From Candidatus Daviesbacteria bacterium (GTDB lineage Bacteria; Patescibacteriota; Microgenomatia; Daviesbacterales; UBA10151): a stretch of 64,000 nt of DNA. The DNA lies in assembly GCA_016187025.1 (NCBI GenBank), contig JACPKM010000001.1:448055-512054 (forward strand), given 5' to 3'. Numbering within the stretch: position 1 is the first letter of the stretch; every line of letters begins with the position of its first letter. A program made the position numbers and the translations under genes. Of this stretch, positions 1 through 9,559 are shown piece after piece. The notes beneath the pieces were generated by a model. The model was not told the origin of the DNA, made no database searches, and saw only the letters and a list, made by a program, of their open reading frames with translations.

Positions 1-1
1 G

Positions 2-250
2 AAAAAAAAGCAGGATATTTTACATTTGTTGGTATTACTCGCAATCTCTTTCTTGTCTTTGTCGCTGATTATCAAACTGCGGTATTCAACATGGCTTCAG
101 ATTAAAGTTGTGTTTATATTAACTTTGAGTTATTTAATATGGAGTTTTGTTTACCATCTTCATAATAAAAGTTTGACAAAAAATATTATGATAGAATACA
201 TCTTAACAGCAGCTTTAACTTTAGTTATAATCATGGGATTAGTAATATGA
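2..250 (+). CDS. Small multi-TM membrane protein, probably 5'-truncated by the window
   Basis: Frame open from position 2 (KKKQDILHLLVLL...); about 3 hydrophobic helices; stop overlaps rmlA start (ATGA). Confidence 0.6.
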   Translation, partial: KKKQDILHLLVLLAISFLSLSLIIKLRYSTWLQIKVVFILTLSYLIWSFVYHLHNKSLTKNIMIEYILTAALTLVIIMGLVI

Positions 251-1326
251 AAGCGATCATTCCAACTGGCGGAAGAGGAACGAGGATGCAACCTTTAACT
301 TTTTCTGCCAATAAGCATTTTATTCCTGTTGCCAACAAGCCACTTATTTTTTATCCCATTGAAACGGTAGTATCAGCTGGGATTAAAGAAGTGGGAATTA
401 CCTACAACCCCGGATATCTTGATCAAGTGCAATCCATTTTAGGTAATGGAGAGAAATGGGGAGCAAAATTTACCTATATTATTCAAGAAAAACCGGCTGG
501 GCTTGCCAATATAGTGGAAGTTGCTGAGGAATTTGTTAATGGTGACTATTTTCTTTTGCACTTGGGTGACAATATTTTTGCTGACGGGATTCAAGAATTA
601 GTAGCCTATTTTAATAATGAAAAACCAGAAGGTCTGGTGCCGATGGTACATCATAAGGAAAACACTAGGTTGGGAGTCCCTTATTTTGATGATAATGGCA
701 GACTAGTAAAATATGTGGAAAAACCTCAAAATCCACCTCATGATTTTGCTATTCCAGGTCTTTATTTTTTTAGCCCGCTTATTTTCCAAAGCTTCAAAGG
801 GGAAGATAGAATTAAACCATCTGAAAGAGGTGAGTTAGAAATTAGTGCTCCTTATCAGTGGCTACTGGATCATAATTACAGAGTTGATGTTTTGGAATAT
901 AAGGGTAAATGGTTGGATCCAGGTAAATTTAATGATTGGATTGAGGCAAATCAGTATTTACTGGACAAAAAATTAGAAGAAAAAATGGAGGGCGAGATAG
1001 ATGAGGGTTCCCGGTTAGAAAATAGGGTAGGTATTGGACAGGGAAGCAGGATTATAAACTCAGAGATTCGTGGCCCAGTTGCGATAGGAAAAAATGTCAG
1101 GATCGAGAATTCGTTTATCGGACCCTTTACATCAATTTCAGACAATTGTGAAATTGAGGGAAGCAGAGTTGAAAACAGTGTTTTAATGAATGGAGTCAAA
1201 ATTTTGAATGTCAAACATCCAATAGATAGAAGCTTAGTAGGTGCAGACAGTGAGATTAAAAATGGAGAAGAGCATACCCGTACAATGAGCTTGTTTGTTG
1301 GGGAGAAATGCCAGATCCAAATTTAG
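247..1326 (+). CDS. rmlA: Glucose-1-phosphate thymidylyltransferase, long form
   Basis: GGRGTRM..K nucleotidyltransferase motif, LGDN, EKP, RGELEI, C-terminal hexapeptide-repeat region; first gene of rmlABCD. Confidence 0.92.
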   Translation: MKAIIPTGGRGTRMQPLTFSANKHFIPVANKPLIFYPIETVVSAGIKEVGITYNPGYLDQVQSILGNGEKWGAKFTYIIQEKPAGLANIVEVAEEFVNGDYFLLHLGDNIFADGIQELVAYFNNEKPEGLVPMVHHKENTRLGVPYFDDNGRLVKYVEKPQNPPHDFAIPGLYFFSPLIFQSFKGEDRIKPSERGELEISAPYQWLLDHNYRVDVLEYKGKWLDPGKFNDWIEANQYLLDKKLEEKMEGEIDEGSRLENRVGIGQGSRIINSEIRGPVAIGKNVRIENSFIGPFTSISDNCEIEGSRVENSVLMNGVKILNVKHPIDRSLVGADSEIKNGEEHTRTMSLFVGEKCQIQI

Positions 1327-1339
1327 AAAGGAAACCAAA

Positions 1340-2350
1340 TTGAAACTTTTAGTTACAGGAGGAGCTGGTTTTATAGGGTCTAACTTTATTCATTATTGGT
1401 TAGAGCAGCATCCCGAGGATTCTATTGCTAACCTAGATGTTTTAACTTATGCTGGTCATCTAGAATCTCTAAAAGATATTGAAGAAAACTCCAATTATTC
1501 ATTTATTAAAGGTGACATAACTTATCCAGAAGATGTAAAAAGAGCTATGCAGGGTGTGGATGTGGTAGTGCACTTTGCAGCTGAGTCACATGTTGATAGG
1601 TCATTGGTAGATCCGATGGTATTTGTAAAAACCAATGTTGTTGGAACAGGGGTTTTACTGGAAGCAGCCCTAGATTATGAAGTGAAGCGTTTTCATCATG
1701 TGAGTACTGATGAGGTTTTTGGCCAGCTTGGTCCAAGTGATCCAGCTTTTGATGAGAATACAAATTATAATCCGCGGACCCCATATGCTGCATCAAAAGC
1801 TGGATCAGATCATCTAGTCCGTGCATTTTATACAGCTTATGGTTTGCCTATAACCATCAGCAATTGTGCCAATAACTTTGGGCCATTTCATGATCCAGAA
1901 AAGCTTATCCCCAGATTTATTACAAATCTGATGGAGGGTAAACATGTTCCACTGATGGGTAAGGGTGAAAATATCAGGGAGTGGTTATATGTTAAAGATC
2001 ATGCACGGGCAATTGATACTATTCTACAAAATGGGGAGATTGGAGAAACTTATTTAATAAGCGGTGAAGAAAAAACTAACCTAGAAGTGACAAAAAAAAT
2101 TCTAGAAATACTTGGAAAAGATGAATCTTTTATAGAATATGTTGATCATAGGTTAGGTCATGACTTTCGCTACGCTACTAACTCAACAAAGATACAAAAA
2201 TTAGGTTGGAAAGCAGAACACAGTTTTGAGGAGTGGCTTGAGAAAACAGTTAACTGGTATATAAAAAACGAGTGGTGGTGGAAACCTTTAAAAGCGAATA
2301 GACCCAATATTGACAGAAGTGCTCAAAAATTTTATGGTGGGAAAATATAA
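1340..2350 (+). CDS. rmlB: dTDP-glucose 4,6-dehydratase
   Basis: TGGAGFIG, HFAAESHVDRS, STDEV, PYAASK, GHDFRY; probable TTG start at 1340 after GAAAGGA. Confidence 0.95.
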   Translation: MKLLVTGGAGFIGSNFIHYWLEQHPEDSIANLDVLTYAGHLESLKDIEENSNYSFIKGDITYPEDVKRAMQGVDVVVHFAAESHVDRSLVDPMVFVKTNVVGTGVLLEAALDYEVKRFHHVSTDEVFGQLGPSDPAFDENTNYNPRTPYAASKAGSDHLVRAFYTAYGLPITISNCANNFGPFHDPEKLIPRFITNLMEGKHVPLMGKGENIREWLYVKDHARAIDTILQNGEIGETYLISGEEKTNLEVTKKILEILGKDESFIEYVDHRLGHDFRYATNSTKIQKLGWKAEHSFEEWLEKTVNWYIKNEWWWKPLKANRPNIDRSAQKFYGGKI

Positions 2351-2902
2351 ATGAGTGACCAATTTGTAAAAAAAACTTCAATACCAGGACTTTTGGTATT
2401 AGAACGACCGTTTTTTTCTGATGAGCGGGGTTTTTTTCATGAAGTTTTTCATTTAGATGAGCTAGAAGAAGTACTGGGTCAACCATTCAAACCACTTCAA
2501 TGGAATCACTCCCGCTCTAAGCCCAGGGTTTTAAGAGGGCTTCATGCTGAAAACTGGAATAAGTTGATTTATCCGGTTACAGGTGAGGTGTTTGTAGCAG
2601 TTGTTGATATTAGGACTGATTCTGAAACTTTTGGAAAAATGGAAACCTTTCATTTTGATGAGGACAACAGAGCAGCACTTTTCCTGCCTCAGGGTTTGGC
2701 AAACTCTTTTTGTGTCTTAGGTGAAGAAGATGCAAATTATTTATATTTGGTTGATAAATACTACGACGGATCAGATACCCGAGCCATAGCCTTTGATGAT
2801 CCGGATTTAAACATCCAATGGCCGATTGATGATCCTATTATCTCAGACAGGGACAGATTTAACCCCCGTATTAGAGACCTCTTCCCAGAAAAATACAAAT
2901 AA
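2351..2902 (+). CDS. rmlC: dTDP-4-dehydrorhamnose 3,5-epimerase
   Basis: DERGFF, NHSRS..VLRGLH, VDIR..SETFG, DPDLNIQWP, ISDRD. Confidence 0.93.
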   Translation: MSDQFVKKTSIPGLLVLERPFFSDERGFFHEVFHLDELEEVLGQPFKPLQWNHSRSKPRVLRGLHAENWNKLIYPVTGEVFVAVVDIRTDSETFGKMETFHFDEDNRAALFLPQGLANSFCVLGEEDANYLYLVDKYYDGSDTRAIAFDDPDLNIQWPIDDPIISDRDRFNPRIRDLFPEKYK

Positions 2903-2906
2903 AAAT

Positions 2907-3782
2907 ATGAACAAAGTGCTTCTAATTGGCGGGACAGGGTTGGTTGGATCTAGAATCATACAGCTGCTTGATAAAAAATTTGAATTTATTGCCCCATCCC
3001 ATGAGCAGTTAGATGTGCTAAATCCTGAGCTGGTTTTACAAGCTGTTGAAAACATTAAGCCCTCTAGTGTGCTTTATGCAGCAGGGTTTACCAATGTTGA
3101 TCTAGCAGAGGGGAAAGAGCAAGAGTGTTTTGCACTAAATTCTAAAGCGCCCGGTTATTTTGTTGAAGCAACAAAAAAAGCAAAGATCCCATTTTATTAT
3201 CTGTCTACTGATTATGTTTTTGACGGAGAGAAATCAGATGCTCCATATACAGAAGATGATTTGCCAAATCCCCTAGATCAAGTTTATGCAAAAAGTAAGT
3301 ATGAAGGAGAACAGGTAGTATTGGGTGCATCCCCAATTAATTCTGTTTTAAGAATTATTGTGCCTTTTTCAGCAGTCTTTACCAAAAAGCTTGATTTGGC
3401 AAGGCTTTTTGTCAGCAAGCTAAAAAATAATGAAAAGATAAGTGGAATCTATAATCAAAAAATAAATCCAGTGTTTGTTGATGATTTAGTTGCAGCTTTA
3501 GGAAAAATTTTAGAAGCCAGAGCCTCAGGAATTTATCACATAGCTGCAACAGATTTCACAACCCCTTATGGCTATGCAAAAACAGTTGCCAGGGTATTTG
3601 GTTTTGATGAAGGATTGATAGAAAAGGTAGACTATGAGGACTATGTTAAAACAAGGCGTGCAAAAAGGCCGCAAGACACCTGGCTTGATACTCACAAATT
3701 TAGAAAAGAGTTTGGTGAGGGAATACTTCATACAGTAGAAGAGGAGATTGAAGCATTTAAATCTCAGTTCATCCCAAAATAA
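2907..3782 (+). CDS. rmlD: dTDP-4-dehydrorhamnose reductase
   Basis: GGTGLVG, FTNVDLAE, STDYVFDG, YAKSK; ATG 2907 just after rmlC stop. Confidence 0.92.
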   Translation: MNKVLLIGGTGLVGSRIIQLLDKKFEFIAPSHEQLDVLNPELVLQAVENIKPSSVLYAAGFTNVDLAEGKEQECFALNSKAPGYFVEATKKAKIPFYYLSTDYVFDGEKSDAPYTEDDLPNPLDQVYAKSKYEGEQVVLGASPINSVLRIIVPFSAVFTKKLDLARLFVSKLKNNEKISGIYNQKINPVFVDDLVAALGKILEARASGIYHIAATDFTTPYGYAKTVARVFGFDEGLIEKVDYEDYVKTRRAKRPQDTWLDTHKFRKEFGEGILHTVEEEIEAFKSQFIPK

Positions 3783-3788
3783 CTGGGA

Positions 3789-3818
3789 TTGACTAAGTAT
3801 GTTAAATTTGTTTAAACT
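3789..3818 (+). promoter_or_regulatory. Putative sigma70 promoter for gmd (leaderless-type)
   Basis: TTGACT-18nt-TAAACT; ATG 3826 follows 7 nt later. Confidence 0.55.
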
Positions 3819-3825
3819 GACAAAG

Positions 3826-4842
3826 ATGGGTAAAGGAAAAAAAGCTTTCATAACTGGAATCTCAGGCCAAGATGGTTCGTATTTAACCGAATTTTTGCTG
3901 GAAAAAGGGTATGAGGTAGCAGGTTTTATCAGAAGAACTGTTGCAAATGAGCCAAATAATATAAAACATCTGCAAGATGAGATAAAGATTTATCATGGTG
4001 ATCTAACTTCTCCTGAATCAATTGCTTTGGCACTTTACGATTTTCAACCAGACGAAATTTATAACCTGGCAGCTCAATCATCTCCTCTGGCTTCATTTCA
4101 TGATCCAATAGGAACAATGTCAGTAACAGGTTTAGGAGCAGTGCATGTATTTTTGCGTGCAAGACAAATTGTTCCTAAAGCGAAAATTTATCAAGCTTCA
4201 ACTTCTGAAATGTTTGGAGAGACCAAGCAAGTACCACAAGATGAAGATACCCCAATTGTTCCAGCCAATCCTTATGCTGCTGCAAAGGTATATGCACATT
4301 GGATGGCATCTATATTTAGAAGGGATAAGGTTCAACCTCAATTTATTTCTTGTGGTATACTCTTTAATCATGAAAGCCCAAGAAGGGGTGTTAATTTTAT
4401 TACCAGAAAGATTTCTGTTGCTGTTGCTTGTATTAAAAATGGTAAAAAAGAAAATATTCCTTTGAATGAGTTTGGTGAGCCAATTGTTCAAAACGGCAAG
4501 CTTGTTCTAGGGTATCTTCAGTCGGAAAGAGATTGGGGATATGCTCCTGATTATGTGGAGGCTATGTGGTTGATGCTTCAGCATGAAAAGCCTGATGAGT
4601 TTGTTATAGCTACAGGTGAAGTACACACAGTTGAGGATTTCTGCAGAGAAGCTTTTGCGGTAGTTAGTTTAGATTGGAAAGACTATGTTGTGACTAATCA
4701 AAAGTTTGTTCCTCCTGTTTATACCGGTCCTTTAAAAGGCAATGCTTCTAAAGCAAAGCGGGTATTAAAATGGCAACCAAAGACAACCTTTAAGGAACTA
4801 GTTAAAATCATGGTGCATCATGATTTAGCAAAATACGCTTAA
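3826..4842 (+). CDS. gmd: GDP-mannose 4,6-dehydratase family enzyme (divergent)
   Basis: ITGISGQDGSYL, YNLAAQS, QASTSEMFG, PYAAAK, GILFNHESPRRG..FITRKI, RDWG.A.DYVEAMWLMLQ. Confidence 0.85.
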   Translation: MGKGKKAFITGISGQDGSYLTEFLLEKGYEVAGFIRRTVANEPNNIKHLQDEIKIYHGDLTSPESIALALYDFQPDEIYNLAAQSSPLASFHDPIGTMSVTGLGAVHVFLRARQIVPKAKIYQASTSEMFGETKQVPQDEDTPIVPANPYAAAKVYAHWMASIFRRDKVQPQFISCGILFNHESPRRGVNFITRKISVAVACIKNGKKENIPLNEFGEPIVQNGKLVLGYLQSERDWGYAPDYVEAMWLMLQHEKPDEFVIATGEVHTVEDFCREAFAVVSLDWKDYVVTNQKFVPPVYTGPLKGNASKAKRVLKWQPKTTFKELVKIMVHHDLAKYA

Positions 4843-4857
4843 AACTTCAAAGCCAGA

Positions 4858-4886
4858 TTGCCAAACTTTATAGATTAAATTACAAT
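4858..4886 (+). promoter_or_regulatory. Putative sigma70 promoter (leaderless-type)
   Basis: TTGCCA-17nt-TACAAT; ATG 4893 follows 6 nt later. Confidence 0.65.
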
Positions 4887-4892
4887 CTTCTA

Positions 4893-6077
4893 ATGATAAA
4901 AAAACTCGCTGTAGTTCTCCCTACTTTTAACGAAAAGGAAAATCTTCAAAATACTATCACCGAAATATTGGCACAAGCCAAAAATTTAGCTGATTGGGAT
5001 ATTCATATAATTGTTTCTGATAGTCACTCTACAGATAAAACTGGTGAGGTGGCAAAAAAGTTAGCTGAAGAAAATCCAAAGATCCATTTTATAGAGGTGG
5101 AAAGAGGTTTGGGAGTAGGGCTTATTAAGGGTCATCAGTATGCGCTTAAAAAGATTCATCCTGATGTGATGGCTCAGCTTGATGCTGATGGTCAGGTAGA
5201 AGCTGATGTACTAGTTAGGTTAGTGCAGGGGATAGAGCAAGGGTATGATTTTGTGATGGGCTCAAGGCTTATTAAAGGTGGTAGTAACCAACTATCTTTT
5301 TCAAGAAGGATTTTTACTTTAGGGTCTTCCTTGATGTGCAGGTTTCTCATGGGACCAATGGATGTCAAAGAGTTTACAAACTCTGCCCGGGCTTTTACCC
5401 CGGAGATTTTTAAGAAAATTGATTTAAATAGTCTACCCTGGCGCGAAAAGACTTTTATTGTCCAACCAGCATTTGTAAATGAGATGGTTAAAGCAGGTGC
5501 GAAGTATAAAGAAGTGCCACTGGTTTTTAAAAATAGGCTAGAAGGATATTCAAAAAATAAAGTTTTTAACTATACCTATGATGTAATCACTTATGTTCTT
5601 GATGCCAGGTTTAAAAAATGGGGTTTGAGTTTCCCACTTTTTTATGTTGCCCGAAGAGCAAAAACTGTGGTGAAGTTTGGTATGGTTGGTTTTGTGGGTA
5701 CGGTAGTTGATTTTATATTTTATAAATTCTTTATTAATTTGGGTGGTTTTCCGCCTGCTACCTCAAAAGGAATCTCAACAGAAGTTGCAATTTTAAACAA
5801 CTTTTTACTGAATAACTATTGGACATTTAAATACCGAAAGACCAAAACCAGCTTTGCTCATAAACTAGGTTTGTTTAACTTAGTTAGTTTGGGTGGATTA
5901 GCTATAAGCGTAATGATTGTAAAGTTTTTCGATTTAGTTTACGGGGAGGGTAGTGTTAATATATTAGGTTTAAATGTTGCCTATAATAACTTTTATTTTT
6001 TTGCAACAATTCCTCCTGTGATGGTATGGAATTTTGTGGTTAATCATTTGGTAACCTGGAGAAACCAAAACGGGTAA
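4893..6077 (+). CDS. DPM1/GtrB-like GT2 polyprenyl-phosphate sugar synthase fused to a C-terminal GtrA-like flippase domain
   Basis: PTFNEKEN, DADGQ, GSR..GG; C-terminal KFGMVGFVGTVVD...NNFLLNNYWTF...WNFVVNHLVTW 4-TM GtrA signature. Confidence 0.85.
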   Translation: MIKKLAVVLPTFNEKENLQNTITEILAQAKNLADWDIHIIVSDSHSTDKTGEVAKKLAEENPKIHFIEVERGLGVGLIKGHQYALKKIHPDVMAQLDADGQVEADVLVRLVQGIEQGYDFVMGSRLIKGGSNQLSFSRRIFTLGSSLMCRFLMGPMDVKEFTNSARAFTPEIFKKIDLNSLPWREKTFIVQPAFVNEMVKAGAKYKEVPLVFKNRLEGYSKNKVFNYTYDVITYVLDARFKKWGLSFPLFYVARRAKTVVKFGMVGFVGTVVDFIFYKFFINLGGFPPATSKGISTEVAILNNFLLNNYWTFKYRKTKTSFAHKLGLFNLVSLGGLAISVMIVKFFDLVYGEGSVNILGLNVAYNNFYFFATIPPVMVWNFVVNHLVTWRNQNG

Positions 6078-6083
6078 AACAGC

Positions 6084-7253
6084 TCAGTTGTATAACTCTA
6101 AGTTGGGAATTGGGGCTGTGTTTTCAATCAAAAAGTTTTGAGAATATAGATATATTGCAAATAACACGATTATAATCACCAACCTAAACTCCTTACTGGT
6201 TAATACTTTTTCAAAAGCAATCAAGGCAAAAGGGAATATTGGAAGGGTATACCTACTAATATCCCTGTGAGCAACAAAGGATGAGGCTATAATATAAGTT
6301 AAAACAAAAGCTGCCAAAGGATATAGTTTTTTTTTGATTAGATAAAATCCTGCCAAAAAGCCAAGTATAAAAATATATATTCCATCCTCAAGCCAAATAT
6401 CCCCCACCCAATATTGGTTTTTGTTAAATAAAGAAAAAGGAGGAAAAGTTAAATGAATATTGTCCCCACTATGAAAGTAAGCAAAAAAGTCCTGATAAGA
6501 GATAGAGTACCAATAAAAAATTACAAGTAGTGTAAAAGGAATAAATATTAAAGGAAGATAGCTTAAAAAATACTTTTTAAATTGCATAAAAAAGTTATCT
6601 TTACTTGTTTTAACCAGCTTCCACAATATATAAAAAGATAAAGCTATAAACAGTAATATACCCGGAGGGCGGGTAAACTGAGCAAGAGATCCAAAACCAG
6701 CAGCAAGCAAAATAAATTTCATCTTTTGAGCATTTTCAAATTTTAGGAAAAAATAAATAGCCATTAATACCAAAAATATAAACATTGGCTCTGCTGACCC
6801 AACTGATCTGACAATGACCCATCTGGCTGGAATAAACAAAAAAACAATTGAAAGAGCTAAAGGATGCCCAGTTAGTTTAAAGTTTCTTACCAAGAAATAA
6901 AATGCTACAACTGAAGAAATTGTAAACAATAAGGAGATAAAGATCATGGATTTTAAAAATCCCAAAAATGGCGCCAGGGCCAAGATAGCAAGCGAGTATC
7001 CAGGAAAGTGGGCTGCATAATAGTTAGCTGGTAATGATTGCCCAACTGCAGCGATTAAATTTGGATAATAGAAGGTTTTGGCAATCACTACATATTCTAA
7101 TCCATCGTAGTTTCTGTAAATATTTGCAATACCATTGCTAAAATCCAAGCCCAGAAAGCCAGAAAGTGATAAAAAGTGGGGAAGCCAAATCAGTAAAGTT
7201 GAGAAAACTGTAGTAGTAACCAGCAGTATAAGATCTTTAAAGCTTTTACCCAT
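6084..7253 (-). CDS. Multi-TM GT-C glycosyltransferase (PIG-V/Mannosyl_trans2-like)
   Basis: NYDGLEYVVIA...HFPGY, SAEPMF, TRPPG, SRY motifs matching the protein at 45674; about 10 TM. Confidence 0.7.
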   Translation of the reverse strand: MGKSFKDLILLVTTTVFSTLLIWLPHFLSLSGFLGLDFSNGIANIYRNYDGLEYVVIAKTFYYPNLIAAVGQSLPANYYAAHFPGYSLAILALAPFLGFLKSMIFISLLFTISSVVAFYFLVRNFKLTGHPLALSIVFLFIPARWVIVRSVGSAEPMFIFLVLMAIYFFLKFENAQKMKFILLAAGFGSLAQFTRPPGILLFIALSFYILWKLVKTSKDNFFMQFKKYFLSYLPLIFIPFTLLVIFYWYSISYQDFFAYFHSGDNIHLTFPPFSLFNKNQYWVGDIWLEDGIYIFILGFLAGFYLIKKKLYPLAAFVLTYIIASSFVAHRDISRYTLPIFPFALIAFEKVLTSKEFRLVIIIVLFAIYLYSQNFLIENTAPIPNLELYN

Positions 7254-7259
7254 ATTAAA

Positions 7260-7268
7260 ATGATAGCA
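7260..7268 (-). promoter_or_regulatory. Putative extended -10 promoter (leaderless-type)
   Basis: Minus strand TGcTATCAT, 6 nt before ATG at 7253. Confidence 0.5.
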
Positions 7269-7302
7269 GAAATAAATAGGGGTATGCTACACTTTGCTTT
7301 AT

Positions 7303-9492
7303 ATGGCAGTTAATCATTTGTCTGTTTTTTTCCCTGCTTATAATGAGGAAAAAAATATCTTATCCACAGTTACAAAAGCAGTTGAGGTTTTAAAGAAGCT
7401 AAATTTAAAAGATTTTGAGGTTATAGTGGTGGACGATGGGTCCAAAGATAACACTGCCCAGGTGGTTTATGAATTATCTAAAAAAGATAAAAGAATAAGG
7501 CTTATTGCCCATCAGACAAACAAAGGTTATGGCCATGCTTTAAAAACAGGTTTTTCTCAAGCAAGGTTTGAATGGGTAGCCTTTTCAGATTCTGATGGTC
7601 AGTTTGATTTTTCTGATATCACCAAGCTTTTAGAAGAATCTGATTCAGCAGATTTTGTTTTAGGTTACAGGATAAAAAGGGCAGACCCTTTTTTAAGAAA
7701 ATTATTTACCTTTGGCTGGAAAACGATAGCAGGAGTACTTTTTGGTCTAAAAGTCATAGACTATTCGTGTGGTTTTAAATTAATCAAAAAACAAGCTTTT
7801 GAGTCTTGTTTACCTCTTGAGTCTGAGGAAAAAGTTACACAAATAGAGCTTTTGGTCAAAGCGATGAAAAAAGGCTACCATTTTGCAGAAGTTGGAGTAA
7901 ACCATTATTCACGAAAATTTGGTAATCCAACAGGCGCTAATATTAAGGTAGTTTTAAAAAGCTTACTTGATATCCTAAAGCTTTGGTGGAATTTGGAAGA
8001 CAAGAAACCGCTCTTTCTTACTCTTTTGGCAATCTTGCTGCTTGCTGCTTTTTTACGCTTTTACAGACTGAATGAATATATGACCTTTTTGGGGGATGAA
8101 GGAAGAGATATGTTGATTATGAAAAAGATTCTGGTTGAGCTCGATTTGCCCTTAATCGGTCCGTCTACTTCGGTTGGGAATATTTATCTGGGGCCACTTT
8201 ATTACTACATGATGGCAATCCCCTCTTTTTTATTCTGGATGAATCCTACTGCTTCAGCAGGAATGAATGCACTGATCGGGGTTTTGACGGTTTACCTTAT
8301 TTATTATTTGGCAAAAATTTGGTTTGGAAGAATAAGTGCACTTACTGTAGCCTTTTTATATGCAATTAGTCCGATTGCAATAATTTACTCCCGCTCCTCA
8401 TGGAATCCAAACCCAGCTCCACTTTTTACCTTGCTTGGTATTCTTGGTTTTTTTAATGCACATACAACAAGAAATTTTAAATGGTTAATACTCACCGGGG
8501 TTTCATTTGCAGCAGCAGCTCAAATGCATTATCTTGCTTTGATCTTAATTCCTATTGCAGGAGTCATTTGGGCAACAGAGGCACTAAACAGAAAATCTTC
8601 AAAAAAAAGCTTTTGGTTAGGAACAATTCTTGGAATAATTTCCTATTTGGCTTTAATGACTCCCCTGGTTGTATTTGATCTGAAACATAACTTTTTAAAT
8701 TTCAGAGCAATGAAAGAGCTTTTTGTAGTAAGTGATGCCATAAAGGCGGAGTCAGCTGTAAACTTTGGTAAGTTTTTTGATTTAGTAACCCAAAAGCTTG
8801 TTAATCGCTACATAGTTGCAGGAAACGAGACATTAACTTTTGTCCTGCTTTTTATGATTTTAGTTCCTATTATTTGGATGTTTGTTAAAGCTTTGAAACA
8901 AAAATCCCTAGATTGGCCAAACTTTATTCTAGGGGTGTGGTTGATAGTGGGGCTAATTGGTTTAACCTTTTATCAAAAATCAATTTATGATCATTATTTA
9001 GGTTTTATAAGCCCGGCAGCATACCTTCTGGTTGCATCATTTATCAGTATGTATTTAGTCAAATTTAAAAATGCGAACAAACTAGTCAAGTCCGTTCCTT
9101 TAATTGTTCTAATCATAATGCTGGCTTTGGTAAATTTTCAAAAAAGTCCTTTAAAAGATGTTCCCAATAACCAGCTTAAAAGAACTCAAGAAATTGCAAA
9201 ATATATTATAAAGCAGTCTGAAAACAGACCTTTCAATTTTGCCCTTTTAGCAGAAAGAAATTATGATTCAGCGTATCAGTTTTATTTGTGGATTTATGGA
9301 CACAGACCCAAACAAGTCCCCTTTGATATTACAGATCAGTTGTTTGTTGTGTGTGAGGATTCGGTTTGTGATCCGGTATATAGCCCGAAATACGAGATAG
9401 CAGGTTATGGTTGGTCAAAAGTGGACGAGGTAAAAGAGGTTAGCGGAGTAAAGGTTTATAAGCTTAGCCCTAATCCTAGCGGAAAACCTTAA
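7303..9492 (+). CDS. Fusion of DPM-like GT2 (N-term) and ArnT/PMT_2-like GT-C (C-term)
   Basis: PAYNEE, VDDGSKD, GYG.AL, DSDGQF, D..CGFK; from about aa 245 LRFYRL..FLGDEGRD, GPLYYY, SRSSWNPN plus many TMs. Confidence 0.85.
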   Translation: MAVNHLSVFFPAYNEEKNILSTVTKAVEVLKKLNLKDFEVIVVDDGSKDNTAQVVYELSKKDKRIRLIAHQTNKGYGHALKTGFSQARFEWVAFSDSDGQFDFSDITKLLEESDSADFVLGYRIKRADPFLRKLFTFGWKTIAGVLFGLKVIDYSCGFKLIKKQAFESCLPLESEEKVTQIELLVKAMKKGYHFAEVGVNHYSRKFGNPTGANIKVVLKSLLDILKLWWNLEDKKPLFLTLLAILLLAAFLRFYRLNEYMTFLGDEGRDMLIMKKILVELDLPLIGPSTSVGNIYLGPLYYYMMAIPSFLFWMNPTASAGMNALIGVLTVYLIYYLAKIWFGRISALTVAFLYAISPIAIIYSRSSWNPNPAPLFTLLGILGFFNAHTTRNFKWLILTGVSFAAAAQMHYLALILIPIAGVIWATEALNRKSSKKSFWLGTILGIISYLALMTPLVVFDLKHNFLNFRAMKELFVVSDAIKAESAVNFGKFFDLVTQKLVNRYIVAGNETLTFVLLFMILVPIIWMFVKALKQKSLDWPNFILGVWLIVGLIGLTFYQKSIYDHYLGFISPAAYLLVASFISMYLVKFKNANKLVKSVPLIVLIIMLALVNFQKSPLKDVPNNQLKRTQEIAKYIIKQSENRPFNFALLAERNYDSAYQFYLWIYGHRPKQVPFDITDQLFVVCEDSVCDPVYSPKYEIAGYGWSKVDEVKEVSGVKVYKLSPNPSGKP

Positions 9493-9522
9493 TTTACTCC
9501 ATATACAAGGTGAATAAAGCTG

Positions 9523-9551
9523 ATGACATCAAAGCTTTTAACTTGTACAAT
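9523..9551 (+). promoter_or_regulatory. Putative sigma70 promoter (leaderless-type)
   Basis: ATGACA-17nt-TACAAT; ATG 9560 follows 8 nt later. Confidence 0.55.
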
Positions 9552-9559
9552 AATTTAGT

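Noticed and set aside
6326-6334. Poly-A/T tracts (also near 2092, 8601, 29095) as phase-variation sites
   Set aside because: Runs of 8-9 A/T are expected in AT-rich Lys/Phe codons, all frames are intact, and no long G/C tracts were seen.
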